NCBI GenBank assembly: GCA_965240325.2
Contig: OZ251224.1
Location: forward strand, 1,426,001 to 1,490,000
Length of the DNA stretch: 64,000 bases
Source of the DNA: Rebecca billardiae RCC1528
Lineage: Eukaryota; Protista; Haptophyta
Direction of reading: 5' to 3'
This document shows, in pieces, positions 9,586 to 22,339 of this stretch. Below the pieces are notes generated by a model. That model searched no databases. It was not told the origin of the DNA and saw nothing but the letters and a program-made list of their open reading frames with translations. Each line of letters opens with the position of its first letter. Positions within the stretch are counted from its first letter, which is position 1. A program made the position numbers and the translations under genes.

Positions 9586-12500
9586 CTAGCAATAACAATC
9601 AGCAGCAGGGCAGCATGATGTCTGTGGGGGTGATGGACCACTCCTGAGTTGGCTGCGCCACCTTGGACGCCCACTCCCAGCTGAGGCAGGTGCCTGCTCA
9701 GGCTGCTGGTGACGATCAGCGCAACATTGCTGCCGCCGATGTCGTTCGAGCGATGCGGCGATGACACTGCCCAGTGCGCCAGACCCCTTCCGCGACGTCG
9801 AGAAGAGAGCGCTCAGGCTCTTCGAGCGCGTCTCGGCCGGCGGCTGCGGCGCGGGCCCGGGGCGGGCAGAGTCCGACAAGCGCCGCTCAGGCCGGGGCGG
9901 CAGGTTGATGCGGCCGACAATCCGCTCGGTCGCGCTCTTCCACTTGTTGCTCGCGGGCAGCATCGTGCCCGGCGCCGGCTCCCGCGCGTCGCCGAGCTTG
10001 AAGGTGGCGCGGATCATGTCCGGCAGCGTGATGACGCCGAGCAGCAGGCCGCGGTCGATGACCCACACGTGCGTGAGCCCCATAAGCGCGAAGAGGTCGT
10101 GGATCGTCGAGAAGCTGACCGCAGGGGTGACCACGACCGGCGAGTGCGCAATGTCGTCGAGCTTGGCGGCCCAGCGCTCGCGCAGGGCGCGGCGCTCGGT
10201 CGGGGCGGTCGGCTCGTGCACCTTGGAGTTGCCGCTGCTGTCGCCGCGGTCGAGCATGGAGACGCGCTCGTCGAGCGTCGCGGTGCACTCGCTCGCCGCC
10301 GGCGCGCCCGATTCCAGCGTCGCTGACAGGAACGTCCGCCTGCTGGCCGAGTTGTGCTCAGCGCTCCCGTCGCCCAGGGTCGCGTCGTCCTCGCCTGTCG
10401 TGTTCTCGACCGGCGGCGGCACGCCGTTGATGTCGAGGTACGCGTCACGCAGGTCGGCGTTGGAGACCTCGCCGACGAAGCTGAAGCCGGCGGCGGTCCG
10501 GCGCACGAGCACGCACGGCGTGCCAAAGCCGTCCTCGTTCATGCGCGTGAGCACGCGCACGACCTCGGCGTTGCCGCACGCTTCCATGTGTAGCCGCAGC
10601 CGCGCGGCGCGCTGCCGGTTGAGCAGCGCGAGCGCCGTGGCGTGCGTGCCGGCCGCGAGCTTGATGTTGGGCATGTACGGCAGCTCCTTCATCACGAGGA
10701 TCGTGTCGAAGATCGACAGCCCTGCGATCGTAAGCCGCGCCGCGCGCGCGGGGGCGCGCAGTGTGACACCCCGCGCCCCCCGCGCACGCGCGAGCCGGAG
10801 GGCGGCGCGGGCGCGCGCGCGCACCGAGGCCACACGAGACTGCGTACGAGATAATCACGACGACGAAGACGGGGGTGAAGAGCTCGAGCTGGCCGGTGAG
10901 CTCGGTGATGAGCAGCGCGGTCGAGAGCGTCTGCGTCGCGCCGCCCGAGAGCCCGGCCGCGCCGAGCACCGCGTACGCGTGCTTGGGCAGCTGCGCGGAG
11001 GCGGGGATGCGGAAGTGGCGCATCGCCGCGTGCACCAGCTCGCCGTACAGCCGGCCCACGGCGGCGCCGGTGAGGAAGATGGGCGAGAAGATGCCCGACG
11101 GGATCGGCAGGTTGGCCGCGAGCGCGCTGAAGCCCGGCAGCGCCACGCTGAACAGGAGCAGCAGCACGAGCGGCGAGCTGCTCTGCGGCGCGTACAGGAA
11201 GGACGCGTGCGAGAGCGTGCCGGGCGTGAAGAAGATGTCGAGCGCCACCTGGTCGGCGAGCTTGAGCGGCGGGAAGTAGAAGGCGAGGAGCGAGTGCGCG
11301 AGCACGACGGCCATCGGCCAGGCGAGCATCGCCCGGCCCTTCTTCAGCCGGTACCGCGCGACCGCGCGCGCGAGCGCGTGGTAGTAGCGCACCCACAGCG
11401 CGGAGAGCGCGCCGAGCAGCAGCCCGAGCACGAGCATCGCCACGTAGCTCCACGTCATGCGCGGCGCGAGGCTGTCGAACTCGGGGCGGAGCATCAGGAT
11501 GATCTCGCTGTTCGCCGCGCACAGCACGAAGGTGAGCATCGCGCACAGCACGCACAGGCACGAGCGCCAGAAGTTCGCCACGCTGTACACGATCGAGGTG
11601 ACCTCGATGCTAAAGAGAATCCCACCGAACGGCGAGCCAAACGTGCACACCACGCCCGCCGCGGCCGCGGCGCACAGCAGCCGCATCTGCGTCGGCCGGT
11701 CCTGCAGGTCGAGGCGCTCGAGCCCGCTCAGGTTGGTCGCGATCATCGCGACGCAGTGCACGAACGGCCCCTCCTTGCCCAGCGGCAGCCCCGACGCCAG
11801 CGCTGCCACCAGCCCAAGCACCTTGGCGACGAGGCAGCGCAGGTCGAGGTAGCGCGGCATCCACACGCCCGACAGCAGGCACTTGATCTCGGGGATGCCC
11901 GAGCCGACGGCGTACTTGGACACGTGCTTGGGGATGAGCACGGCGATCACGATCGCGAGCTCTGCCGCGCCGACCCACGCGACGAGGTCGAGCATGGGCA
12001 CGCCGCTCGACGCGGCCAGCTCGGTGAGCAGCCGGCGCGCACGCTGGATGTGCGTGCTCGCGACGGCGACGCCAAAGGCGAGCGCGGCGCCGCTCGTGCC
12101 CACGAGCACGAGCAGGACGCACTCGACCGCGAGCGGGTGCGCGCGAGCGGCTCGCGTCAGCCGCTCGTACAGCGCACGCGCTCGCGTGTCCTTGCGCCGC
12201 ATCTGCTCGTAATTTTGCGCGCGGCGCGCGCTCGCTTTCGACGTGCGCTGATGCCTTCGCCTGTAGCCCTCCTCGAGCTGGGCGAGAGAGTCGATCCACA
12301 CGGAGGTGCGCCTGTCCTCTGCGCTGAGCATGGGCGGCTGGAGCAAGGAGATGTCGTCGGCGGACATGCTCGCGTTCACGCTCGCGAGCGTCTGCTCCGC
12401 GCTCGCGCGGCGTGACGCTGCGATTGTTGGAAACATCTCCGTGTTCGCTCGCCTAATGCCGCCCGTGGGCACGCCGCTCCGAACCGGCCACGAGCCGGGA

Positions 12501-12832
12501 CCGGCGGTGCGCGGACTGGGTACGGAGCTCTTGCACGAGACGGACAGCGTGCCCACGCTGGGAACGCCACTGCTGAAGGAGCAGCCATCCGCACCAGGTG
12601 GTGGCGATGCGCCTGGGGCGCCCGCTCCAGGGACACGCTCGCAGCTGCCCGAGCGCGGCACCACCTCGGGCATCGCGTACACCGGCGCGTGCGCCAGCCC
12701 GTGGCCATACGGCGTCGCGGTAGCATGACCGATGGGACAGCAGGCCAGCTCGTCGCTGTGCGGGTCACTCCCCGCATCGTACCAATCCTCGTCGTCGTCG
12801 CCGGACGCCATCGTGATGTCACCACTGTACAT
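9586..12832 (-). CDS. CLC family chloride channel with CBS-type C-terminal region; exons 12832-10825 and 10721-9586
   Basis: Signature motifs GSGIPE, GKEGP, GGILFSIEVTS, PSGIFSP, ELTGQ, SIFDTILVMKELPYMP; CBS-like HVWVIDRGLLLGVITLPD; GT-AG intron 10824-10722. Confidence 0.93.
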
Positions 12833-13008
12833 CCTCGCGGACTCGCGGTTCGATCAATCGATCTGCAATCTCAAATCGTGAACAAGTCCGATCGGCACAC
12901 CTTTGCTGTGTTTGCCGGACCACTTTCGAATTGACGAGGCGGATAGGAACCTTTCTCTCATCATCTTCATCGGAATCTCACGCTTTGATTCCGACCGCTT
13001 GTCACTGG

Positions 13009-13518
13009 ATGGGGAAGGCAAGTTCCACAAAAAGGGCGGGACCGTCTCCTGAAAGCGGCAAAGCGCTCGCACAGCCGGCGTCCCGCATGACTTCCCCGCA
13101 CGCTCGTCGCTTCAAGCAGCGGCTGAGGCCAACGCTGGGCCGTAACGACTCAGCTGGGATGGTGAAGCAGCCGTCAGACATCGTGCGTGCTCGCCAGGTG
13201 CCCTCCCCGATGACATTTCGTGCGATGATGGCAGCACAGCAGCAGGCGGACGCAGTCCAGACATCGGAGCCGCGTGACGCTGACGTCCACGCCAGCTCAA
13301 TGGCCATGCGCCCGCGCAACGAATCTGGGCGCAGTCCTAGCGGCTTTCGACCCCCAGCGCGAAGTCCTGTTGGCTCGCGGCCCGCAGGGATCCGCCGTGC
13401 GCCAAGCCTCAGGCGTGACGAGTCCTCGGGCATCTTTGGTGCCGACATAGTCCAGCAACTCAAGGCACTCGACGAGGTACAGAACGCACTCGACGAAGAC
13501 CATCGGCAGGGGGCATGA
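13009..13518 (+). CDS. Hypothetical small protein
   Basis: ORF divergent from the CLC gene with a helical C-terminus (IVQQLKALDEVQNAL); no domain recognised. Confidence 0.35.
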   Translation: MGKASSTKRAGPSPESGKALAQPASRMTSPHARRFKQRLRPTLGRNDSAGMVKQPSDIVRARQVPSPMTFRAMMAAQQQADAVQTSEPRDADVHASSMAMRPRNESGRSPSGFRPPARSPVGSRPAGIRRAPSLRRDESSGIFGADIVQQLKALDEVQNALDEDHRQGA

Positions 13519-14028
13519 ACAAGGACACGCGCATCCGTTATGACTGACCTTATGATCCACGTCGTGTCGACCGGCAGCCGGTGAATAGTATGATCACCTT
13601 GTTGCGTGAGCAGCAAGGCGCGCGGGCGACCGAAATGACCGTCGGACCCGCGGTCCGCGTGTCGGCCTGAATCGCACGAATCGTCAGCGGCCGGAATCGA
13701 CTTCTCATGAACGGCCAATGCTGACGTGCACGTTCTGAAATGTTACAGTATCATAGCTAGACTCGTTGGAGTCGTATCATAGATCGACTCGTTTCGGGAG
13801 TGCGGCAGACGACTGTGATGGCACTCTCGGACCCGAGCCGGCACGGTCCGATTTATCAGTGAGGCGGTCTAAGCACAGCACTCTGAAGCGGCGTCACGGC
13901 GCAGCGGCGTGACCGAGTAACTACGGTAGCTAGCGGTTCATCATCAAATATCATCAGTATAGCATAGTATATCATGCATCATAGTCTTATTAGAGTCGTT
14001 AAGAGTTAAGACGACGACAGTATAGCTT

Positions 14029-14166
14029 ACAGTTTACTAAGAATAAGAGACGCACACAGCTCCGAAGGCAGGCGAGATTACTACTCGTCTTCGGACGAGT
14101 CTACGTAGACGTAGCAGTACAGTTTACTAAGAATAAGAGACGCACACAGCTCAGGCAGGCGAGATA
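14029..14166 (+). repeat. Two nearby copies of a ~50-bp dispersed repeat
   Basis: ACAGTTTACTAAGAATAAGAGACGCACACAGCTC-(variable)-GGCAGGCGAGAT at 14029-14078 and 14119-14166; inverted copies at 30211-30360. Confidence 0.9.
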
Positions 14167-14625
14167 GTACCGAGTCGTAGCGTAGCTAGTTATTAGCGCC
14201 GCTGATCAATGTCTGAGTGATGATGCCAGCAGCTAATAATAATTCTGCGAGTCGCGAGAGTCCCCGGCGGGCCAGCGGGGGCGTAAATAAATAACGGCGT
14301 AAATTGAAGCCACTGCCACGGCTTGGCTCGGCTCGAAGATTCACGTCCGACTGATCAGTCCGAGCACTCCGAGCCGCCGCACGGATCAGCCGGACACAGC
14401 GCAGTGACAGCGCTCTGACAGTGTATCAAAACTCACTAACTAGCTTGCCTACGCATGCCTTAAGATGGGGTGCCGGGTCGTGCAGGGTCGAGAGTCGGGA
14501 GTCTCGCGAGTCGCGTCGCGCAGCCGGTGTCTGTGTGGTACACGGAGGCTGTGGGCAGCCAGCGCACCGCACCTGCGCCAGGGCCGCTTGGCAGGGTCAC
14601 TCCTCAGGGTGGTCACGGCGGTGGG

Positions 14626-17552
14626 CTATCCTGCCCCCGCGAGTGCGCCTGCGAGTGCTGCGTGCGCCGCGTCCTCCTCCGCCCCGAGCGACGGCGTCGC
14701 CCCGGGCTCCGCAGCGAGGAGCCCCAGCGGGGCGTCCTGCGCAGCGGCGCGCCCGTCCGCCCGAGCGCTCCAGTTGGAGCTCTGCCCGCCGGGCGGCACG
14801 ACCGAGAACGCGGAGGAATTTCTGTCCGAGATGGGCGCGAGTGGCTCCGAGCCCCCAAGCCCCGTCTCAGACGCTGCGCCGCCGCTGCCCAGCAGCCCGG
14901 CGCTGGGCTGCTCAGGCGCGGGCTGCGCCGCGCTGGCCGTCGCCGTGGCACCGCTCGGCGCGGGCAGCTGCGCGCTCGCCGCCGGGGCGACCGACGGCGC
15001 TGGCGCGGGCGGCAGGCTAGCGCTGTTCGCAACGCTCGTGATCGGAGCGCCCGAGCTCGTGAGCACGGCTGACGCGTTCAGAATCCCCTGCAGGTCCAGG
15101 TCGCCGCCGCCGGTCGTGTCGTGGAAGTGCAGCCGCCCGTCCGGGCCGATCGTGACCGCGGGGCCCGGCCTGAGCCCCAGCTGGGCGCGCAGCTCGGGCG
15201 TGGCGCCCAGCGAGGCGAGCGCGGCGGGGAGCGGCATGTTGGCGCCCGCGAGCGCGCCGGGCAGCGCCGAGAGCGGCAGCTGCGAGCTCGGCGGCTGCTG
15301 GCTCGCCTGCTGCTGCTTGAGCTGAGCCGCCTGCTGCTTGAGCTTGCTCTTGATCGTGAAGCGCGCGCCGCACGCCTGGCACGACTGCTGCGCTGTCGGG
15401 TTGTAGGCCTGGCACGCCGTGCACCGCTTGCGCGGCGCGCGCAGCTTGCCCCCCGCCGCGGACGGCGCGCCCTCGGCGGCGGGCGCGGCCTCGCGCTTCG
15501 CTTTGCTCGCGTCCTTGCCCTCGCCATCGCCGCCGCCGCTGTCCAGCGCGCTGCTGCCCGCGGACCGCTTCGGCTTCATCTGGAACTTGTGCCCGCACGA
15601 GATGCAGTTCTGCCGCGCGGTCGGGTTGAGCTCGTTGCACGCGACGCACTTCTTGCGCGGCGGCGTCTTGGGCACCATGCGCGTGAGCAGCTGCGCGCGG
15701 GCGGCGCGGCGCGCGCGCGCGCGGACGGGGGCGGGGGGTGAGCCGTGCGCGGCGGCTGCGGGCGCAGCGCGCCGCGAGCGCGCATGCCGCGCGCGCCGCT
15801 CGGGCCGGCGGCTGCGCGCACATCCGCATCCGCAATCGTGTACTGCAGCCCTCCGGCCCCAAGCCCCGCGCCCAGATCCCACGACGCGTCCGCGCCCAGG
15901 CCGGCGATCAGCCCCGGCGGTAGCGTGAGCTGCCGCGAGTCGGTGGCTGTGCTGCCGGAGGGCGGCACGGCCGGCGGCGGCACGAGGTGGCTCGCCGCGC
16001 CCGAGACGGCACCGGAGATGGCGCACGACACCCCGTCTGCGGCCTCGCCTGCCGCCGACGAGGTGCCGGGCGCGAGATCGCCCATCATCATCGAGTCCAG
16101 GGGCGACTTGGCGTCCACGCCGTGCGCGCCGCCCTTTGGCTGGAAGCGGTGCATGCACTGCTTGCACTCCTGCGCGTGCGCGCGCGCGAGCGCGCGGGGC
16201 GGCGGCGCGCGGCCGACGGCGCGGGCGTGTGGGCGCGCGGGCGCGAGGCAAGCGGTGGCGGCGGCACGGCCACCCGCAGCAGGGCCTGGCGCGGGAGGGC
16301 GGCGCGGACGCACGGCGCACACCTGCTGCGTGGACAGGTTGAGCGCGCTACACTCCGGGCACTTCTTGCTCGGCGCCGCCTTGAGCAGCCCGAGCAGGTC
16401 GTCCTTGCCGTCCTCGTCCAGCTCGCCGTCGCCGGTCGGGATCAGGGCCATCAGCTGCGCCGCGTCGACCGAGCCCTCCCCGCCCGCGTCGTGCAGGTCG
16501 ACAACAGCGCGGTACAACGCCTCGGCATCAGGCGCGGCCTCGAGCGACTCGCTCGCGGGCGGCAGCGCGGCCGGCGGCTCGGCTGCGCTCGCGGGCACAG
16601 CGTTCGGCGGCAGCAGCGGCAGGCCCCCGAGCGCGGCGCTCGGCTGCGGCGGAGGCGCCCCAGACGCGCCCGCACTCGCGGCGGCGACGTCGGCGGGCTG
16701 GGCGGCACCAAGCTCCGCAGGCAGAGCGGCCGCTCCGAGCCCTGACGCGGCCATCGTCGCGCCACCGCCAGCGGCGGGCTGTCCGGTCGCGCCAGGGCCC
16801 GGCGGGGTCGGGGTGACACCCGGAGGGGCCGCAGGTGGGACAGCCGCGGCCGGCTGCACTGCGGCCACGTCACCCGCGTGCGCTCCGCCTGCGCCGTCGG
16901 GCTGCGGCGGCGCAGGGCCCGTGCTCGGCGGCGCGTGCGCGAGAGCAGCAGCGCCAAGCTGGCCACTCGCCACAGGCGCCTCGCCGGCGTGCCCCGAGGG
17001 CACCGAGGGCACCGCGCCGTGCTGAAGCGCGGCAGGGGCCGCGTGTGCGCCCGGGGGCAGCGCGGCTCGATCGGACCGCGTGACGCCATCGGATGGGGCT
17101 GCGCCAGACTGCGCGGCGGAGCCCAGCGCCGCGCCAGATAGCCACGTGTCCGCTGAGAGCGGAGCCACGCCGTGCGCCGACGATTCCGTGGCGGGTGCCG
17201 CCGCGAAAGCCTGATGCGCTTGCACGTCCGTGGCTGGCGCAGCTATCCTCGGGTCGCTCGGTCCGGCCAGGGGCGGCGGGAGGACGGGCTCACGATGCTC
17301 GTAATGCTCGGCGAGCGGGCGCTGCGACGCGCAGCCCGCCGCCGTCGATGCCAGCATCGAGGCCGTGTCTACGCCGCGATCGCCGAGCGACAGAGCGTCA
17401 TCGCTGAGACGCTCCCGTGCTGCCCTGCCAAAGAGCCAAGCGCCAATGAGAAGCGCGCCTCCACTTATTGGGCCTAATGAGTCCGGGTTGATTAGGAAGG
17501 GTGTTTCTGGAGGAGTTTCTGAGCGGCATGCCATTCCAGCCCATTTCACCAT
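14626..17552 (-). CDS. Low-complexity protein with three CxxC-x10-CxxC zinc ribbons (UPF0547-like); introns 16322-16170 and 15821-15691; start uncertain (17552 or 17357)
   Basis: KKCPECSALNLSTQQ|ECKQCMHRF is joined by splicing; also KKCVACNELNPTARQNCISCGHKF and KRCTACQAYNPTAQQSCQACGARF; phase-0 GT-AG introns. Confidence 0.78.
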
Positions 17553-17736
17553 GTACGACAGAAGGCGTGGATCGAATGCAGCTAGATACCCTCTGGTCCA
17601 GGGCTGCGTGCTCGAGACGGGTCGTAGATGACCGGCGCCTTGCCAACCGCCGAGCGGCGGGCCGCGCTATCTTTCCGCGCCGCCCTTTTTTCCCGGCGCG
17701 CAATTCATATTTTGAACGAGAAGAGCTGCAGGCGGC

Positions 17737-20700
17737 ATGCGCCCCGGCCTCGTCGGCGACTCTCGGCTCAGGTCGACGCAGCGGGCGATTCTAAGCGAGG
17801 GCTCCACGGCTACGCTCTCGGCCGCGCGCACGACACCCGCACCCAGAGCCTTCGGCGCGAGCGCGGCGACCCCCGGCGCCCGATCGACGACGACAGGCGA
17901 GCTGCTCGGGCGCGCGCGTTCGCCGCGGCCGACGTCGCCGGGCAGCGTGCGCAGCGCGCCGCCAGAGGGCGCGAGCTGGCAAGCGCTCGCGCAGGAGGCG
18001 GCCGACGGGAGGGCGGTCGATGACCGCCGCGCCGCCGCGCTGCGCTCGCCGAGCTCGTCATGGGCTGGCGCGGAGCTCGGCGCCGCGGGCCGGCCCCTCT
18101 CGTCGCCCGAGCGCCGCTTCGGCTTGGAGCGGCGGCCGGCTGGCCGCTCTCCGGACGCCGGATCCCTCGAGGCGCTGCTGCTGCGCGCGCGGATCTCCGA
18201 TGCCGAGGAGCCCGGCCTCGCCCTCGCCCTCGAGGAGGCGCGGCGCTCGGTCGACGAGTCGGCGTACACGCTCGAGCGCTGGCTCGCGCGGCCGCGCGCG
18301 CTCGGCCGGCCAAGGGACGACGCGGCCGAGGCGGAGCTCGAGACGGCGCGCGCGCAGATCGAGGAGCTCACCGCGCTGAACGACGAGCTTGCCGCGCTCG
18401 TGCCGGACTCGCCCGCCGCCCGCCGCCACGCCGCCACCTCGCCGCGCACGCCGCAGCCCAGCCTGCTCTCAGTGCCGTCGTCTGCGTCTGCGCTGCGCGC
18501 GCGCGGGCCCGCCTCGCCGCTGCGCTCGCCGGGTCGCGTCGCGCGGGCCACGTCGCCCGGCACGCCCGGCTCGCGGCATTCGGTGCTCTCCACCGCGACC
18601 GACCCCTCTGCGCCGCGCTCCGAGCTGCTCGCGCGCTGCCTCGCCCTCGAGAGCGCGGTCGAGGAGATGGACGCCGAGCTGGCGGACGCGCTGCACGCGC
18701 GCGCGGAGCTTGGGGCGGAGCTCTCGGTGGCGCACGGCGCGCTCGCCGAGCTGGAGGAGGGGTCGGCGGAGCTGCTCAGGGCGCTGCTCGGCGTGGAAGA
18801 CGGCGATCGCGCCGCCGCTGGCGCGGGCGTCGGCGGCGCCGCTGGCGCTGGCCTTGTCGGTGGCGGCTTTGGCGGCGGTGGCGGTTGTGGCTGGGCTGGC
18901 GGCGACCCAGCCGGTGGCTCGGGCGGCCTGGGCGGCGTGAGCGGCGGCGCAGCCTCTGCCGCAGCAGGCGGCACTGACGCCACCGCGGCACTGGCGGCGA
19001 GCTTTGGGCGCCCCGCAGCCGACGGGTGCGCGCAGGCGGAGGCGGCCGCGCGCGGGCGCGCGGGGGACGCGCTGGGTGTGGCGGCGGCGGCGCAGGTCGG
19101 CGGCGGCGACGTCGGCGGCGGCAGCAGCAGCGTGCACATCTTGCACGAGCTGAGGGAGAGCGTGCGCGCGACGCTGCAGCGGGGCGAGGGCATCTCGCGC
19201 GCCGCGCTGCGCGAGGCCGCACAGCTCGCACGCCAGCAGAGAGCCGCGGCGACGGCCGAGCTGCACGCTGCGCGCTCAGAAGGCTCAGAGCTGCGCGCCG
19301 TCTCGGCGGAGTTGAGGCGCGTGGCCGCTGCGCGCGACGCGGCCGCGGCCGAGCGCGATGCCGCGATCTCGCAGCTCGGCGCGGTGGCGGCGGACGCGGA
19401 CGCGCTGCGCGCGCACGGCAACCGCACGGGCGCCGACGCCGCCTCCGCCCGCGAGCTCGCAGCCGCGAAGCAGCGCGAGGCGCGCTCACACGTGCGCGCC
19501 TGCGCGCCTGCGCGCCTGCGCGCCTGCGCGCCTGCGCGCCTGCGCGCGCGCGCGCGCGCGCGCGCGCGCGCGCGCCGCTGCGGCGCGCGCCATCTGACGT
19601 GCCTGCACACGCACGCGCCATCTGACGTGCCTGCGCATGCACGCGCCGCGCGCCCGCGCGGCGGCGCAGGCATCGGCGCGCGCCGCCGAGACGCGCGCGC
19701 TCGCCATCGAGCTCGCCGCCTCCGAGTCCGAGCTCACACGCGCGCTGGACGAGCGCGCCACGGCGGTCGCGCACGCGGCTGAGCGCGACCTCGAGATGGC
19801 CGTGCTGCGCGGCGCGCTGGACGCACAGCGGGCGGAGGCGCGCGAGGCGGTGTACAAGGTGCGCGCACGGCGGGCGAGCCGCGGGGGGCGCGCGCGCACG
19901 CTCGGCCGCCGCCGCGCGCGCCGCCCGGCGGGACGGGGCCGGCTGCGCTGGCCGCCGCGGCTGCTGCGGCGCTCGGAGCGTGCACACGCGCTGCCGCCCA
20001 ACGACACGCGCCCGCCCGCCCGCCCGCCCGCGCGCGCGCGCGCGTGGGTCACGCCCGTTCGGCCGCGCCCGCACACCCGCAGGCGCGGCAGGAGGCCGCC
20101 TCCGGCTGGGAGCGCTCCACCGCCGAGCTGCGCTCGGGTGCGCGCGCGCTTGTCTCCCACCTGGACGAGGCGCGCGCGCAGCTCGCGGCTGTGGAGGAGC
20201 AGCGCGCGCGCGCTTGGGAGCACAGCGCGCAGCTGCGCACGCACCTCAAGCGGCGGCCGCGCCAGATGGCGACGGAGGAGGGCGCGGGCGCCGGGCCGTA
20301 CTCGCCTCCGCCGCGCTCGCCCGCGCACGAGCTCGAGCTCGAGCGCGATGCGCTGCGCGCGCCGTCCGCGCGCACGCCGTCACATCCGCGCACCGCACCG
20401 CCGCCTCCGACGCTGCGGTACAGCGCACCCTCTCAGGAGGAGGAGGAGGAGGCGGCGGAGGAGGCGGCGGAGCAGGCGGGCTGGGCGGCAGCCGCCGCGC
20501 TGGCGTGGGGCGCGCACGGCACCGACGCGCACGTCTCGCTCCGCCACTCCGCCGTCACCGCCACGGAGGCCGAGCTCCCCTCGTCGCCGCCCTACGCCCA
20601 GCGCGCGCGCGGCTCCGCGCGCGGCTCCCCGCCGGTGCGCGCCTCGCCGGCGCCGGCGCGCAAGGACGTGATGACGCTCGAGCGCGGCGCCGCGCGGCGC

Positions 20701-21099
20701 GTGAGCGCGCCGACGGCGGCGGACGCGCTGCTCGACGTGGCCGCGGCGGAAGAGCGCTGGCAGCACGACGCAGGGCGCATGCTCAGCGCGACGGGCGGTG
20801 CGCCCCCGCTCGCTCGCTCGGTGCCGGGCACGCCGGCCGCGCGCGCCGCCAGCGGCGGTGAGGCGCTGCGCGCGCGGCTCGACTCGCCGTATGCGGGCGC
20901 TCGGTCGCGCGCTGGGCCCTCGACTGGCACGGGCAGCATCGGCGCGGGCAGGAGCGAGGGCGCGCACGAGATCGGCGGCGGCGCGCCCCCGGCGGGAGCC
21001 TTTGCGCCTGCCGACCGCCCACCGACGCCTCCGTCTGCGCGGCTGCTGCGCGAGGCGCAGGAGCGCGTGGGAGCGTACCGGCGCGCCTCGGCAGCCTGA
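17737..21099 (+). CDS. Coiled-coil protein; exons 17737-19491, 19670-19858, 20083-21099
   Basis: Heptad-rich segments (ELETARAQIEELTALNDEL, IELAASESELTRALDER, HLDEARAQLAAVEEQR) are joined in frame by two phase-0 GT-AG introns. Confidence 0.75.
19498..19574. repeat. Intronic (GCCTGCGC)n octamer array followed by a (GC)n microsatellite
   Basis: About 6 octamer units, then ~30 bp of alternating GC. Confidence 0.9.
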
Positions 21100-22339
21100 G
21101 CCTGACCTACCATAACCACTCAGTGAGTACTACGGGCACTACCACCGTAGGCTCGGTAGGCACTCCGATTCACTAGCACGGTCACACCGTCACTCTGAGT
21201 CTGACCGACGGCGACTGGTACTAAGACTATTACTAGGCGCTCTACCTGGAAGCTGGTAGACCTAAGAACTCTACGTCCGAGGATAAAGTACTATATTACA
21301 GTAGTGCAGTGCTCCTCGGATTGCAACTCACAATGGCTGAAAATCCGAGTCCGGCCAGTCGGATCTCGCGGCCGACGGATTCAGGACGTCTGATGACCCA
21401 CCTCGGTGCGGCCAGAAAACGATGAAGGTAAAGGCCAACAGCCAACGGGACGGTCTCGTGACTCGGTTTATCTGTTACGCGTTATTCGTCGGCCTCGTGG
21501 GGCCTCGACAGCCGGGCCTCCCGTGCGACGTGCCCGTGGCTCGTCGGCCGATCGGCGGAGGCGGTAATCATGTCTGTGGAGCCTAGCTAGCTTACTAGTC
21601 TTGAAACTGAGTCGAACGTCGGTACCAGTTGTCACTGATAGTGAGTAGTGACGGGCCGCCCGCCGGCGGGACGGCCCGGCCGGCGGCAAGCGGCGCACGG
21701 AGCATAGCTGGGCCCGCTCACGTGCGGGCAAGTATGTCCGGAGCAGGCCGAGGCGGATGCGTGCACAGGGGGGTCAGCCGCGGGAGCCGGGCCGCATGCG
21801 CGTTAAGTGAGGCATGTGCTCCACCTCGTCTTCACGCTGGCGGCCTGCTCGCGCTCGTGCGTCCAGCATCCCGCGCGCGGGCTAGCGGACTGCTCGCGGC
21901 CGCCCGATCCCGCGCAGAGGATCCAGAGTGGCTTCCGGAGTTCCGGAGCTAACCACGGGAGTACAGTCCTGTACTACTAGATAGTAGTACACGGCGGTGT
22001 ATGAATGTATGATACATAGTAGTAGCAGCATACTATCATACACGCCTTAAAAGCATACTACAAGACACTAGGTGTCTCGGTCAGTGGTTTGAGGTTGGGT
22101 GAGGGTGGTGGTTGGTTGGGGGCTGGCCAGGGTAGGGCTGGAGGCTTCGGCCGCCAGCCTGATCACCCGGAGCCCGTTATAAAGGGGAATTTAAAAATCA
22201 GGACGTGTGATTCATCGGTAATTCCGTCCTACCCGCTCCAAATATTCATCACGGATGAAGCATTCCCTTCGGATTCCCTTCCTGGGGTGGAGGTCGGATC
22301 CCCGCTCCCCGACTCCTCGTCACGAACGCCCCCCCTCCC

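Noticed and set aside
14029-14166. Repeat-spacer-repeat pattern as a mini CRISPR
   Set aside because: Only two units, and the repeat is dispersed elsewhere in inverted orientation with internal variation.
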